Part shown: piece by piece, positions 37,445 to 46,974 of the stretch
Layout: every line of letters starts with the position of its first letter
How positions within the stretch are numbered: position 1 is the first letter of the stretch
DNA from: a virus
DNA length: 64,000 nucleotides
Strand: one strand, 5' to 3'
Virus record (IMG/VR): IMGVR_UViG_3300042301_002170
Made by a program: the position numbers and the translations under genes
The notes under the pieces: model-generated
The model's database searches: none
Seen by the model: the letters and a program-made list of their open reading frames with translations, nothing else
Told to the model about the DNA's origin: nothing

Positions 37445-37773
37445 TGAAAAGAAGCCTTTTAGATATAACACAAAAAATCAGTAGAAAACCTGGCAAAGCG
37501 GTTTTAACTCCAAAGGATTTAACAAATTCTACTCATTTTATTTATGAAGCAACGGGTTGGAGATTTGTGAGTATATTAAGAGAAATTGAATACAGAACTA
37601 CGCAAGACAGATTGCAAGTTTATATTAATACACAGACAATAAGTGGAACAGATTATATAGTTGAAGAAGGTGGGAATGGTTTATTAATTAAATTTATTAG
37701 AAGTGAATTTCAATATAATTTAGATTCACAGGATTACATAGAAATAAAAGGAGATATAGAACAATATGCTTAA
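37444..37773 (+). CDS. Virion structural protein, small beta-sandwich
   Basis: LQVYINTQ..SGTDYIV...LIKF...LDSQDYIEIKG; similar to the gp15 extension. Confidence 0.5.
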   Translation: MKRSLLDITQKISRKPGKAVLTPKDLTNSTHFIYEATGWRFVSILREIEYRTTQDRLQVYINTQTISGTDYIVEEGGNGLLIKFIRSEFQYNLDSQDYIEIKGDIEQYA

Positions 37774-38317
37774 AAGATTTTCATCAAATACACGAAAATT
37801 AAATAGAATCATTCCAAAAGTTAATACTAACAATTTGAATGATAATTCGTATTTGACAGGAAGTTTGTTAAATATAGAACTACCAACTACTCGTTCTTTT
37901 GATTCACATACTCGTTCTAATCCAAATCCAATAAAAGTTGTAAATAACAAAACAATTATATCCGACTTTTATCAAGAAATATTAGAACATAGTGCAAGAT
38001 ACAATCAAAGAGTAATTGATGAATTTGATAATAATTTAAATACATTAACGATATATAATGTTACATTAGATTATGGAACAGAAGGAGCATCTGCTGATAA
38101 TTTTGAAGTATTAGTTTATGGATTACATATTCCAGGAAACTATACAATAAAAGAAGTTGGAAATGATGTAGTAATAACATTAAACGAACAATACATAGAT
38201 TATGATAATGTGACTATTAATGATATTTATGTTATAGGTAAATTGGTGGATATAGAATTAGATACGGAAAATGATATAGATATATTAACCGAAAACGATG
38301 AAAATATAATAATATAA
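37766..38317 (+). CDS. Virion structural protein, beta-sandwich with acidic TE(N)D tail
   Basis: FEVLVYG...YTI...VVITL...DIYVIG; C-terminal LDTENDIDILTENDENIII. Confidence 0.5.
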   Translation: MLKRFSSNTRKLNRIIPKVNTNNLNDNSYLTGSLLNIELPTTRSFDSHTRSNPNPIKVVNNKTIISDFYQEILEHSARYNQRVIDEFDNNLNTLTIYNVTLDYGTEGASADNFEVLVYGLHIPGNYTIKEVGNDVVITLNEQYIDYDNVTINDIYVIGKLVDIELDTENDIDILTENDENIII

Positions 38318-38318
38318 A

Positions 38319-39119
38319 ATGGCAATAAATAGAGGTAAACGAATATCAGAATTAACGGAATTAACTTCGGCATCATTAAATACTACAATTGTTGGTGTTG
38401 ATAATGGTACTACTTATAAAATTGAGTTGGATACTCTTGCGGATGCAGTTACTTCCAGAGTAAATACATTGGATAGAGAGAGATTACAATCTTTAGAGTC
38501 CGTAACATCTTCATTTGAAACCAAAGGTAGAAGTGTCGTATCGGGGTCATCTCAATTAACTTCTTCATTTGATACAAGATATACATTGAGTGGTAGTGTT
38601 CAGCCATTACCTTCAAATTTATTAAGTTCATCTGCACAAATAACGGCATTTGGATTTATCAGTTCGTCAACAACAATAAACACATCATCATTTGCAACAA
38701 CGGGTTCAAACTCATTTAACGGAAACCAAAATATTACGGGTTCATTAGTAGTAAGTGCAATGGCAGTTGTAGTGGGTGCAGTAACTATACCATCAGCATC
38801 GGTAATATCTTTGACAAGTGGTAGTAGTATTTCGGTAGATGCAAGTGGAGCAATCACAGGTTCATTAACTGGTTCTGTTTTTGGAATTGGTGATGTTGTA
38901 GCATTTAGTGCATCACTTAATAGTAGAATTATTAGTGGTAGTGCGGTAGCAGGAACTATTAGTGGTTCATCACAATTAACATCTTCGTTTGATACAAGAT
39001 ATGCAATTAGTGCTAGTTTTGTTAGTTCATCAAATCTATCATCAATACAAACTATAACATCGGCTTCATACGCAGCATTGACACCGGTAAGTGGAACTCT
39101 TTACATTATAATAGGATAA
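38319..39119 (+). CDS. Ser/Thr-rich fibre/appendage protein
   Basis: N-terminal KRISEL module, SGSSQ repeats, ATTGSNSFNGNQ.ITGS fibre motif, C-terminal TLYII. Confidence 0.6.
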   Translation: MAINRGKRISELTELTSASLNTTIVGVDNGTTYKIELDTLADAVTSRVNTLDRERLQSLESVTSSFETKGRSVVSGSSQLTSSFDTRYTLSGSVQPLPSNLLSSSAQITAFGFISSSTTINTSSFATTGSNSFNGNQNITGSLVVSAMAVVVGAVTIPSASVISLTSGSSISVDASGAITGSLTGSVFGIGDVVAFSASLNSRIISGSAVAGTISGSSQLTSSFDTRYAISASFVSSSNLSSIQTITSASYAALTPVSGTLYIIIG

Positions 39120-39122
39120 GTT

Positions 39123-40565
39123 ATGCCAGTATTTGGAAATGCAACTTCAATAAGGTTAAATGGGAATTCCGCAACAAAGGCATTTTTGAATAATAATCAA
39201 ATTTGGCCAACAACATCCGCAGTAGTTACTGAAAATTTACTTTTACATTATAACACATTTAATACATCATCATATAATGGTAGTGGGGTAACTATTGCCG
39301 ATATAAGTGGTAATAGTAGAAATGGAACAATTACAGGTTCTCCAACTTGGACTGGTAATTATTTTACTTTTAGTGATGATTATATAACAACACCAAATTT
39401 AAGTTCGGCAATACCTATATCTAATGAAGTTCATTCAGTAGAATTGTGGGTATATCCAACTGATAATGGAGTATTAGTTCAGTATAATGGTACTACAACT
39501 CCAAATGCATCGTATCACTTTTCAGCAATAGAAATAGTTGGTGGTAATTTGGAGGTTGGACTATGGACTGGTGTTGGTGGATTGGCATCAACTGGAAATA
39601 TAGGTGCAGTTTCATTTAATCAATGGCATCAAATAGTTTTAACTTATAATGGTTCAGTATGTAGGGGATACCTTGATGGGGTATTTAAGGGTTCGGTAAA
39701 CTTAACTTTTCAATCACCGATGGATGATTCTCTACTATTTTATATGAACTTTGGTTTTAGAACTGCTACAAGTCAAGGTGATGCAACTAATTTCGATGGT
39801 AGATTTGGTATAATGAGAGTATATAACAAATCATTGACAGATGCAGAAGTTTTAAGTAATTATAATTCTACTTTACCAACAATAGTTAATTTAACCACAA
39901 GTGGGTTGGTATTGTATTACGACCCATCAAGTGTATCTTCATACCCAGGTAGTGGAACAACTATTACGGATTTAAGTGGTAATGGTAGAAATGGAACTAT
40001 GAGTAATATTACATATACATATCCATACTTTACATACAATGGGTCTTCATCACAAATTTCAGTTGCAGATAATGCACTATTAGAACCGGGAAGTGGTGAT
40101 TGGACAATGGAAGTTTGGGTTAATCAATCAGTAGCAGGTAACGATGTTGTATTAGGAAAATTCCCCGCAGGTGGCACACAGGTAAGTTATAGTATTAGAA
40201 CATCTACTTCTACATATTATGCACAAATGGGTTCGGGTATTGGTTCTGGTGCAACCCTATTCCAAAATAGCACATTTCAAGTTGGAACAATTGGAACATG
40301 GTATCAGTTAGTTTATGTATTTACTAATGTCGCTGCTAATACACTCCAAACATTTGTTAATGGTAGTAGTATCGGTAGTGTAGGACATAGTTTGGCAAGT
40401 ATATTAAACACAACCACAGATTTATACATTGGTTCATACAATAATGGTGAATACGCACAATGGTTTGATGGTAAAATTGGAATAACCCGTTTATATAATA
40501 GAGCATTGACATCAGCAGAAGTTTTGAATAATTATAATACAGACAAATCTAAATACGGACTATAA
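39123..40565 (+). CDS. Tandem LamG/concanavalin-A-like lectin domain virion protein
   Basis: Two DISGNxRNGT...WHQIV.TY...Y.DG...FDG.FG.MRVYNK.LT.AEV..NYN units. Confidence 0.8.
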   Translation: MPVFGNATSIRLNGNSATKAFLNNNQIWPTTSAVVTENLLLHYNTFNTSSYNGSGVTIADISGNSRNGTITGSPTWTGNYFTFSDDYITTPNLSSAIPISNEVHSVELWVYPTDNGVLVQYNGTTTPNASYHFSAIEIVGGNLEVGLWTGVGGLASTGNIGAVSFNQWHQIVLTYNGSVCRGYLDGVFKGSVNLTFQSPMDDSLLFYMNFGFRTATSQGDATNFDGRFGIMRVYNKSLTDAEVLSNYNSTLPTIVNLTTSGLVLYYDPSSVSSYPGSGTTITDLSGNGRNGTMSNITYTYPYFTYNGSSSQISVADNALLEPGSGDWTMEVWVNQSVAGNDVVLGKFPAGGTQVSYSIRTSTSTYYAQMGSGIGSGATLFQNSTFQVGTIGTWYQLVYVFTNVAANTLQTFVNGSSIGSVGHSLASILNTTTDLYIGSYNNGEYAQWFDGKIGITRLYNRALTSAEVLNNYNTDKSKYGL

Positions 40566-41254
40566 TGCCAATTTCATTTTCAAAAGGATTTAGTATAACA
40601 CCAAATGTGGTATCCAATAATATTGTATCATCTGGATTATTACTCCAATTGGACGCAAATAGTTTAACAAGTTATCCTGGTAGTGGAACAACTGTTTATG
40701 ATTTAACTAATTCATATAACCATACATTGATTGGTGCTACATTTACTACATTGAATGGAATAAAATGTTTTGATTGTACAACCGGAACTAATAGAGTTGA
40801 TGTAAACGGAACAGGTCCAACTTTACCATCAACGGGATATACCTATGTTACTTGGGCGAGAATAATTCCAAGCTCTACCAATTGGAGGTCTTTATTAAGA
40901 ACAACCAATAACGTACCAATTTTAGTTCAAATTGGAACTGATGATTTGGGTTACTACGGAAGTGGAGGTATCGTATTTCAAGACTCAGGATATAATGTTA
41001 CATCGGATGAAGATGTGTGGGTACAATATGCAATAGTTGGGGATAATGTATCTCAAACATTCTACATAAATGGTTCACAAGTAGGAACGGTTGCGTATGG
41101 AGCAGGTGGAGATACTCATTTTGGGTGGGGTAATAACCAAACCGCCGGACAACCTTTTGGACATGTTGCAAATCTTTATTTGTATAATAGAAAATTATCA
41201 ATTGCGGAAATAACACAAAATTATAATGCAATAAAACCGACTTACGGATTATAA
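40565..41254 (+). CDS. LamG/concanavalin-A-like domain virion protein
   Basis: LLLQLDA...SYPGSG..VYDL, FYINGSQV, LYLYNRKLS.AEITQNYNA. Confidence 0.75.
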   Translation: MPISFSKGFSITPNVVSNNIVSSGLLLQLDANSLTSYPGSGTTVYDLTNSYNHTLIGATFTTLNGIKCFDCTTGTNRVDVNGTGPTLPSTGYTYVTWARIIPSSTNWRSLLRTTNNVPILVQIGTDDLGYYGSGGIVFQDSGYNVTSDEDVWVQYAIVGDNVSQTFYINGSQVGTVAYGAGGDTHFGWGNNQTAGQPFGHVANLYLYNRKLSIAEITQNYNAIKPTYGL

Positions 41255-41264
41255 GAATAAAACA

Positions 41265-41272
41265 TATTTATA
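41265..41272 (+). promoter_or_regulatory. Putative late promoter TATTTATA
   Basis: caTATTTATAcatATG, 3 nt before the start at 41276. Confidence 0.55.
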
Positions 41273-41275
41273 CAT

Positions 41276-41635
41276 ATGGCAAACTTAATAAGATTAAAAC
41301 AAATAGAAAGTGGTTCGGCATTGAGTACCGCAGCATCGGTTGGACAAGACTTTAGTGCATCGGTATATGAAATTATAGATGCAGCAGGACTTATTTCGTC
41401 ATCTGCACAAGTTTTACTAATATCAGCATCAGGATATAATCAATTAGCAACCGATTTAGAAGTATCTGTAATAAGTTCTTCAATTGCAGCAACCATTAAT
41501 GTAGTTGCAGCAGGAACGGGATTTGTAACAACTGGTTCATTTAATTCATATACTGCATCTTTAGGAGATACATTTGCAACCGATGTAGAGGTTTATCTTA
41601 CTGCTTCGAACATTATAGACCAGGGAGAGTTTTAA
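41276..41635 (+). CDS. Small fibre-associated protein ending IDQGEF
   Basis: Ser/Ala-rich; ATDxEV repeats shared with the 41684 gene. Confidence 0.55.
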   Translation: MANLIRLKQIESGSALSTAASVGQDFSASVYEIIDAAGLISSSAQVLLISASGYNQLATDLEVSVISSSIAATINVVAAGTGFVTTGSFNSYTASLGDTFATDVEVYLTASNIIDQGEF

Positions 41636-41646
41636 TTAAAAAGTTA

Positions 41647-41654
41647 TACTTATA
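41647..41654 (+). promoter_or_regulatory. Putative late promoter variant TACTTATA
   Basis: Intergenic, upstream of ATG 41684. Confidence 0.45.
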
Positions 41655-41683
41655 GATAATAAAGTAAATTAAGAAGAATATAG

Positions 41684-42481
41684 ATGGCTCAGTTAATACA
41701 ACATAAAAGAGGTAGATTAGAAAGATTATCGGTAATTACGGGTTCTTTACAAAAAGGAGAAATCTTAATTGTAACCGGTTCATCTAATATTACATCTTCA
41801 AACGGCTCATCTATTTTATTTGCAGCAACCGAAAGTGGTTCAGTTCAAGCTACCAATAGATTTATAATAGGCAGTTCAGCACCAAATGTATTTACTGCAT
41901 CTATTTATGGTGGTTTAGTAAATGGAGTTCCTTATTACGATAGTGGTAGTGGAACTTTATATTTGTTAGGAAGTGATAGTAATACTGCAATTAACCTAAC
42001 AGGTAACATTAGTGCATTTAGTTCATCGGTAGCAACATCATTTAGTGCAAGTAATGCAAGTATAGCAAGTGTAACTGGTGATTTTAGTTCTTCAGTAGCT
42101 CAAACATTTGCAACACAAAGTTTAAACTTATCAAATTTAAGTTCTTCTATTTCTCAATCTATTATTGATATTGTAAGTGCATCATTAAGTAGTTCTTTAT
42201 CAGTTATAGCAACCGATATAGAAGTTTCAATTATTAGTGCATCACTATCATCATCACAAGCTTTAATATCATCATCAATTAGTACATCATTATATAATGC
42301 GTTGGATAATATTGAAACATATTTTCCTTTGGGTGTAATATCATCTTCACAACAAGTCATTGATATATTTAACGCAAACTTCCTATCTGGTTCTACAATG
42401 GCAACCACAGTAGATACTACATTTGCAACCGATGCAGAGTTATTTGTTACTTCTTCTAACTTAGATGCAGGAGAGTTTTAA
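41684..42481 (+). CDS. Fibre protein with Mtd-N-like N-terminus, ends LDAGEF
   Basis: MAQLIQHKRG...LQKGE; first ~130 aa paralogous to the 42574 gene. Confidence 0.6.
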   Translation: MAQLIQHKRGRLERLSVITGSLQKGEILIVTGSSNITSSNGSSILFAATESGSVQATNRFIIGSSAPNVFTASIYGGLVNGVPYYDSGSGTLYLLGSDSNTAINLTGNISAFSSSVATSFSASNASIASVTGDFSSSVAQTFATQSLNLSNLSSSISQSIIDIVSASLSSSLSVIATDIEVSIISASLSSSQALISSSISTSLYNALDNIETYFPLGVISSSQQVIDIFNANFLSGSTMATTVDTTFATDAELFVTSSNLDAGEF

Positions 42482-42532
42482 AAAATATATAAAATATAAT
42501 ACACTTTAGTTATCGGTTACATAAAAAAACAA

Positions 42533-42540
42533 TATTTATA
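42533..42540 (+). promoter_or_regulatory. Putative late promoter TATTTATA
   Basis: Intergenic, upstream of ATG 42574. Confidence 0.5.
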
Positions 42541-42573
42541 GATTGAGTAACATAGAATAATCAAACCCAAAAT

Positions 42574-45500
42574 ATGGCACAAATAATTAGACACAGACGT
42601 GGTAGTTTAGAATCCCTTTCAGCAGCAACGGCATCGTTTCAAAAAGGTGAATTAATAATTGTATCCGGCTCATCAAATCTTACCACAACAAATGGTTCAT
42701 CCATTTTATTTGCAGCAACTGAAAGTGGTTCAGTACAAGCGGTAAATAGATTTTTAATTGGAGATGCTGCACCAAACGTATTTAGTTCATCTACTTATAA
42801 TGGTTTAGTTAAAGGTGTTCCTTACTATGCAAGTGGTAGTTCAACTTTATACTTACTTGGTTCTGACCAAAATGATATTCCAGATTTAACGGGTAACATT
42901 AGTAACTTTAGTGCATCAGTTGCAACTTCATTCTCAGCAAGTAATGCAAGTGTAACTGCATTATCTGCATCAGTTTCATCGGTAACGGGTGAGTTCAGTT
43001 CTTCAGTAGCAACTTCATTTAGTGCAAGTAATGCAAGTATCACTTCATTATCGGCAAGTGTTGCAAGTGTAACTGGTGATTTCAGTTCTTCAGTTGCACA
43101 AACATTTACAACTCAAAGTGCTAGAATTTCTTCATTAGAATCATTTAGTGGTTCTGCTTTAGGTAGATTATCTAACTTAGAATTAACTTCGGCAAGTGTA
43201 AATAATTCAGTAACTGCTTTAAATACTTCATCGGCATCTCAACAAACAAGTATAGATGCATTAAATAGTTATACTTCTTCAAACACATCAACAACTGCAT
43301 TAAACGAATTTACGGCTTCTGCAAATGGTAGATTTACAAACTTAGAAACAACTTCTGCAAGTGTAAATACATCGGTTGCAGCTTTAAACACTTCTTCTGC
43401 ATCACAACAAATTAGTATTGACGCATTAAATACGGTAAGTGCTTCAAACTTAGGAAGATTAAGTAACTTAGAAGCAACTTCGGCAAGTGTAAATACTTCG
43501 GTAGCAGCTTTAAATGTTTCATCGGCATCTTTAAATTCATTTACTTCATCATTACTTCAAGCATTAACTGCAAGTGGTGTAGATTTAACTGCAAATGGTA
43601 ATTTAAGTGTACTAGGTAACTTAACAGTAGCAGGAACAACAACTGCAGTAAACTCTACTACAATTCAATTAGGAGATAATATAATTGAATTAAATGGTAC
43701 GGGTGTTGCAAATGGAGGTTTATTAGTTAAAGACCCAACTGCACCAAATACTGTTTCCGGTTCATTATTGTGGGATTCTACAAATGACTACTGGAAAGCA
43801 GGAGCATTGGGAGCTGAAAGTAAATTATTGAGAGCAGGTGGCGATAATGTTGTTACAGAATCGGCACAAATACTTTTCACCGGAATTACCGGATACGACA
43901 CATATAGTGGTTCGGTTTCGGCATCATTTGCAGAAGTAATTGCAAACGTAGGTTCTGGTGTTGGAGTTTCAATTTCAAACTTAAATTCATTCAGTTCTTC
44001 TACATTAGGAAGATTAACAAATATTGAAGCAACTTCTGCAAGTGTAAATAATTCGGTATCAGCATTAAACACTTCGACTGCATCACAACAAATTAGCATT
44101 GATGCATTAAACGTAGTAAGTGCTTCAAACTTAGGAAGATTAACAAACTTAGAAGCAACTTCTGCAAGTGTAAATACTTCAGTAGCAGCTTTAAATACGG
44201 CAAGTGGTAATTTAATATTATCAGCATCGGCAATTGTAACAGTAAATAATACACAAGGTGGTAGATTAGATAATTTAGAAGCAACTTCTGCAAGTGTAAA
44301 TAATTCAGTAACGGCATTAAATACATCATCTGCTTCTCAACAAATTAGTATAGATGGATTAAATGTTGTATCTGCATCTTTAAATACATTTAGTGGTTCT
44401 ACTTTAGGAAGATTAACAAATATTGAAGCAACTTCTGCAAGTGTAAACAATTCTGTATCAGCATTAAATACTTCATCCGCATCTCAGCAAGTAAGTATTG
44501 ATGCATTGAACGCTTATACTTCTTCAAATACTTCAACAACTGCTTTAAATACATTCACTGCATCTGCGGATGGTAGATTAACCAACTTAGAAAGTACATC
44601 AGCGAGTGTAAATATTTCAGTAACTGCTTTAAATACTTCTTCGGCATCACAACAAATTAGTATCGATGCATTGAATGTTACATCTGCAAGTGTAAATGAA
44701 TTTAGTAGTTCTACTTTAGGTAGATTAACCAACTTAGAAAGTACATCAGCAAGTGTAAACAATTCAGTAACTGCTTTAAACACTTCAACTTCTTCTCAAC
44801 AAATTAGCATTGATGCATTAAATGTTGTAAGTGCTTCAAACTTAGGAAGATTAACAAACTTAGAAGCAACTTCAGCAAGTGTAAATAATTCAGTAACTTC
44901 TTTAAACACATCAACTGCATCTCAACAAATTAGTATAGATGCGTTGAATAGTTATACTTCTTCAAACACTTCAACAACTGCCTTAAACGCATTTACTGCA
45001 TCTGCAGACGGAAGATTAACAAACTTAGAAGCAACTTCGGCAAGTGTAAATAATTCAGTAACTTCTTTAAACACATCAACTGCATCTCAACAAATTAGTA
45101 TAGACGCATTAAATGTAGTTAGTGGTTCAAACTTAGGTAGATTATCTAACTTAGAATTAACTTCTGCAAGTGTAAATACTTCAATAACTAATTTAAATAC
45201 AGTAAGTAGTTCAAACTTAGGAAGATTATCTAACTTAGAATTAACTTCTGCAAGTGTAAATACTTCAATAGGAGCATTAAACACTTCTTCTGCATCACAA
45301 CAAATTAGTATTGACGCATTAAATGTTGTAAGTGCTTCGAACTTAGCAAGATTATCTAATTTAGAATCTACATCAGCAAGTGTTAATGTATCAGTAGCAG
45401 CATTAAACTCATATTCATCTTCATTAAAGACGGCATTTGAATTAACTGGTTCTAATGTTGTAGTATTAGGTGATTTAACTGTTAAAGGTACAACTACATC

Positions 45501-46275
45501 GGTAGAATCTAATACAATTCAATTAGGTGATAATATTATCGAATTGAATGGTACTGGAGCAGCAAATGGTGGATTATTGGTTAAAGACCCAACTGCACCA
45601 AATACGGTAAGTGGTTCTTTACTTTGGGATTCAACAAACGATTATTGGAAAGGTGGAGCTTTAGGAGATGAATCTAAATTATTAAGAGCAGGTGGTGATA
45701 ATGTTGTTACCGCTTCTGCACAAATACTTTTCACCGGAATTAACGGATACGAAACATATAGTGGTTCGGTAGCAACTTCGTTCTCAGCAAGTAATGCAAG
45801 TATCACTTCATTATCTGCGAGTGTATCAAGTGTAACAGGTGAATTTAGTAGTTCGGTTGCAACTTCATTTAGTGCAAGTGCAGCATCTCAATTATCATTA
45901 AGTTCTTCATTCGCATCTTCACAAACTGCACAAAATGATAGATTAGGTTTAATAGAAGCATCGACAGGAAGTTTAAATTCATTTACTTCTTCGATTGATA
46001 CTACTATTAAAACTAAATTGAATCTTGAAACGGTAGTTAGTGGTTCATCTCAAATTGATATAACATCAACAACTAACTATACAACATTTAGTAGTTCGAT
46101 TGCAACATCAATAAGTGCATCAACCGCAGCAGCGACTTGGGAAAATCTTAATGGTAAACCATCTGGCATTGTAAGTGGTTCAGTTCAAGTTGATATTACA
46201 CAAACAACTGGATTCAGTACATTTAGTGGTTCAATTGCTACTTCATTCGCAACAATAGATGGTGGAACTTATTAA
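42574..46275 (+). CDS. Long coiled-coil fibre protein (1233 aa) with 14-residue repeats, ends IDGGTY
   Basis: MAQIIRHRRG N-terminus; repeated LGRLxNLExTSASV / NxSVxALNTSSASQ / QISIDALN modules; duplicated globular insert. Confidence 0.75.
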   Translation: MAQIIRHRRGSLESLSAATASFQKGELIIVSGSSNLTTTNGSSILFAATESGSVQAVNRFLIGDAAPNVFSSSTYNGLVKGVPYYASGSSTLYLLGSDQNDIPDLTGNISNFSASVATSFSASNASVTALSASVSSVTGEFSSSVATSFSASNASITSLSASVASVTGDFSSSVAQTFTTQSARISSLESFSGSALGRLSNLELTSASVNNSVTALNTSSASQQTSIDALNSYTSSNTSTTALNEFTASANGRFTNLETTSASVNTSVAALNTSSASQQISIDALNTVSASNLGRLSNLEATSASVNTSVAALNVSSASLNSFTSSLLQALTASGVDLTANGNLSVLGNLTVAGTTTAVNSTTIQLGDNIIELNGTGVANGGLLVKDPTAPNTVSGSLLWDSTNDYWKAGALGAESKLLRAGGDNVVTESAQILFTGITGYDTYSGSVSASFAEVIANVGSGVGVSISNLNSFSSSTLGRLTNIEATSASVNNSVSALNTSTASQQISIDALNVVSASNLGRLTNLEATSASVNTSVAALNTASGNLILSASAIVTVNNTQGGRLDNLEATSASVNNSVTALNTSSASQQISIDGLNVVSASLNTFSGSTLGRLTNIEATSASVNNSVSALNTSSASQQVSIDALNAYTSSNTSTTALNTFTASADGRLTNLESTSASVNISVTALNTSSASQQISIDALNVTSASVNEFSSSTLGRLTNLESTSASVNNSVTALNTSTSSQQISIDALNVVSASNLGRLTNLEATSASVNNSVTSLNTSTASQQISIDALNSYTSSNTSTTALNAFTASADGRLTNLEATSASVNNSVTSLNTSTASQQISIDALNVVSGSNLGRLSNLELTSASVNTSITNLNTVSSSNLGRLSNLELTSASVNTSIGALNTSSASQQISIDALNVVSASNLARLSNLESTSASVNVSVAALNSYSSSLKTAFELTGSNVVVLGDLTVKGTTTSVESNTIQLGDNIIELNGTGAANGGLLVKDPTAPNTVSGSLLWDSTNDYWKGGALGDESKLLRAGGDNVVTASAQILFTGINGYETYSGSVATSFSASNASITSLSASVSSVTGEFSSSVATSFSASAASQLSLSSSFASSQTAQNDRLGLIEASTGSLNSFTSSIDTTIKTKLNLETVVSGSSQIDITSTTNYTTFSSSIATSISASTAAATWENLNGKPSGIVSGSVQVDITQTTGFSTFSGSIATSFATIDGGTY
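43100..45420 (+). repeat. Coding tandem repeats (42-nt modules in ~126-nt units)
   Basis: Recurrent TTAGGAAGATTAACAAACTTAGAAGCAACTTCxGCAAGTGTAAA-type units within the fibre ORF. Confidence 0.8.
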
Positions 46276-46310
46276 TAACAACAAAATAAAAATATAAATA
46301 ATAATATATT

Positions 46311-46856
46311 ATGGCAGTAAATAACACAACTTCATCGATTTTATTAAAACGTTCAGGCGTTGCAGGTTCAAAACCAACAACTGATTCGTTAAAGGTAGGT
46401 GAAATCGCATTAAACACCTATGATGGTAAAGCGTTTTTACACAAATCTGGTTCAACCGATGAGGTAGTAGAAATCGTAGTTACGGGTGCGGGTATAACGG
46501 GTTCAATCAATCTTAGTGGAGCAGTAACTGCATCAGCCTTTGCAGGTTATGGTGGGGCATTGACGGGTGTTACGGCATCAATGAGACCTGATGATTTTGA
46601 TTTTAACTCTGACCCGTTTGCAGGAACAATTGGATACATACAAGCAAGTGGTTCTCTTTACAAAGTAGCAACTACAGTTGGTTCAGTTGATTTTAGATAT
46701 AACGATGTAACAATCGCAACTATTACAACAGGTTCTGGATTTAGTGGTTCTCTTTACGGAATTGGAGATGTATTAGCATTTAGTGGTTCAGTAGCAGGTA
46801 GATTATTCAACTTAGAAATATCAGCATCACTTGGTCCAGATGGTGGAGAAATTTAA
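46311..46856 (+). CDS. Short fibre/adaptor protein with Mtd-N-like domain, ends PDGGEI
   Basis: ILLKRSGVAG.KP...LKVGEIALNTYDGKAF. Confidence 0.6.
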   Translation: MAVNNTTSSILLKRSGVAGSKPTTDSLKVGEIALNTYDGKAFLHKSGSTDEVVEIVVTGAGITGSINLSGAVTASAFAGYGGALTGVTASMRPDDFDFNSDPFAGTIGYIQASGSLYKVATTVGSVDFRYNDVTIATITTGSGFSGSLYGIGDVLAFSGSVAGRLFNLEISASLGPDGGEI

Positions 46857-46876
46857 TAAAAAATAAAAATTATAAT

Positions 46877-46904
46877 AAAAACCCCTCTTAGTAGGGGTTT
46901 TTTT
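46877..46904 (+). terminator. Intrinsic terminator
   Basis: AAAAACCCCT-cttagt-AGGGGTTTTT followed by further Ts. Confidence 0.8.
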
Positions 46905-46915
46905 GTTTTAAGTTA

Positions 46916-46923
46916 TATTTATA
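46916..46923 (+). promoter_or_regulatory. Putative late promoter TATTTATA
   Basis: After the terminator, upstream of ATG 46975; followed by a perfect 14-bp palindrome. Confidence 0.55.
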
Positions 46924-46974
46924 TTCGTAGTATATACTACATTTGTTGTTAGATAACTTTAAAAACTTAGCCAC

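Noticed and set aside
43100-45420. Repeats that might be a CRISPR array
   Set aside because: The units are codon-degenerate, in frame within a 1233-aa ORF and have no unique spacers; they are protein repeats.
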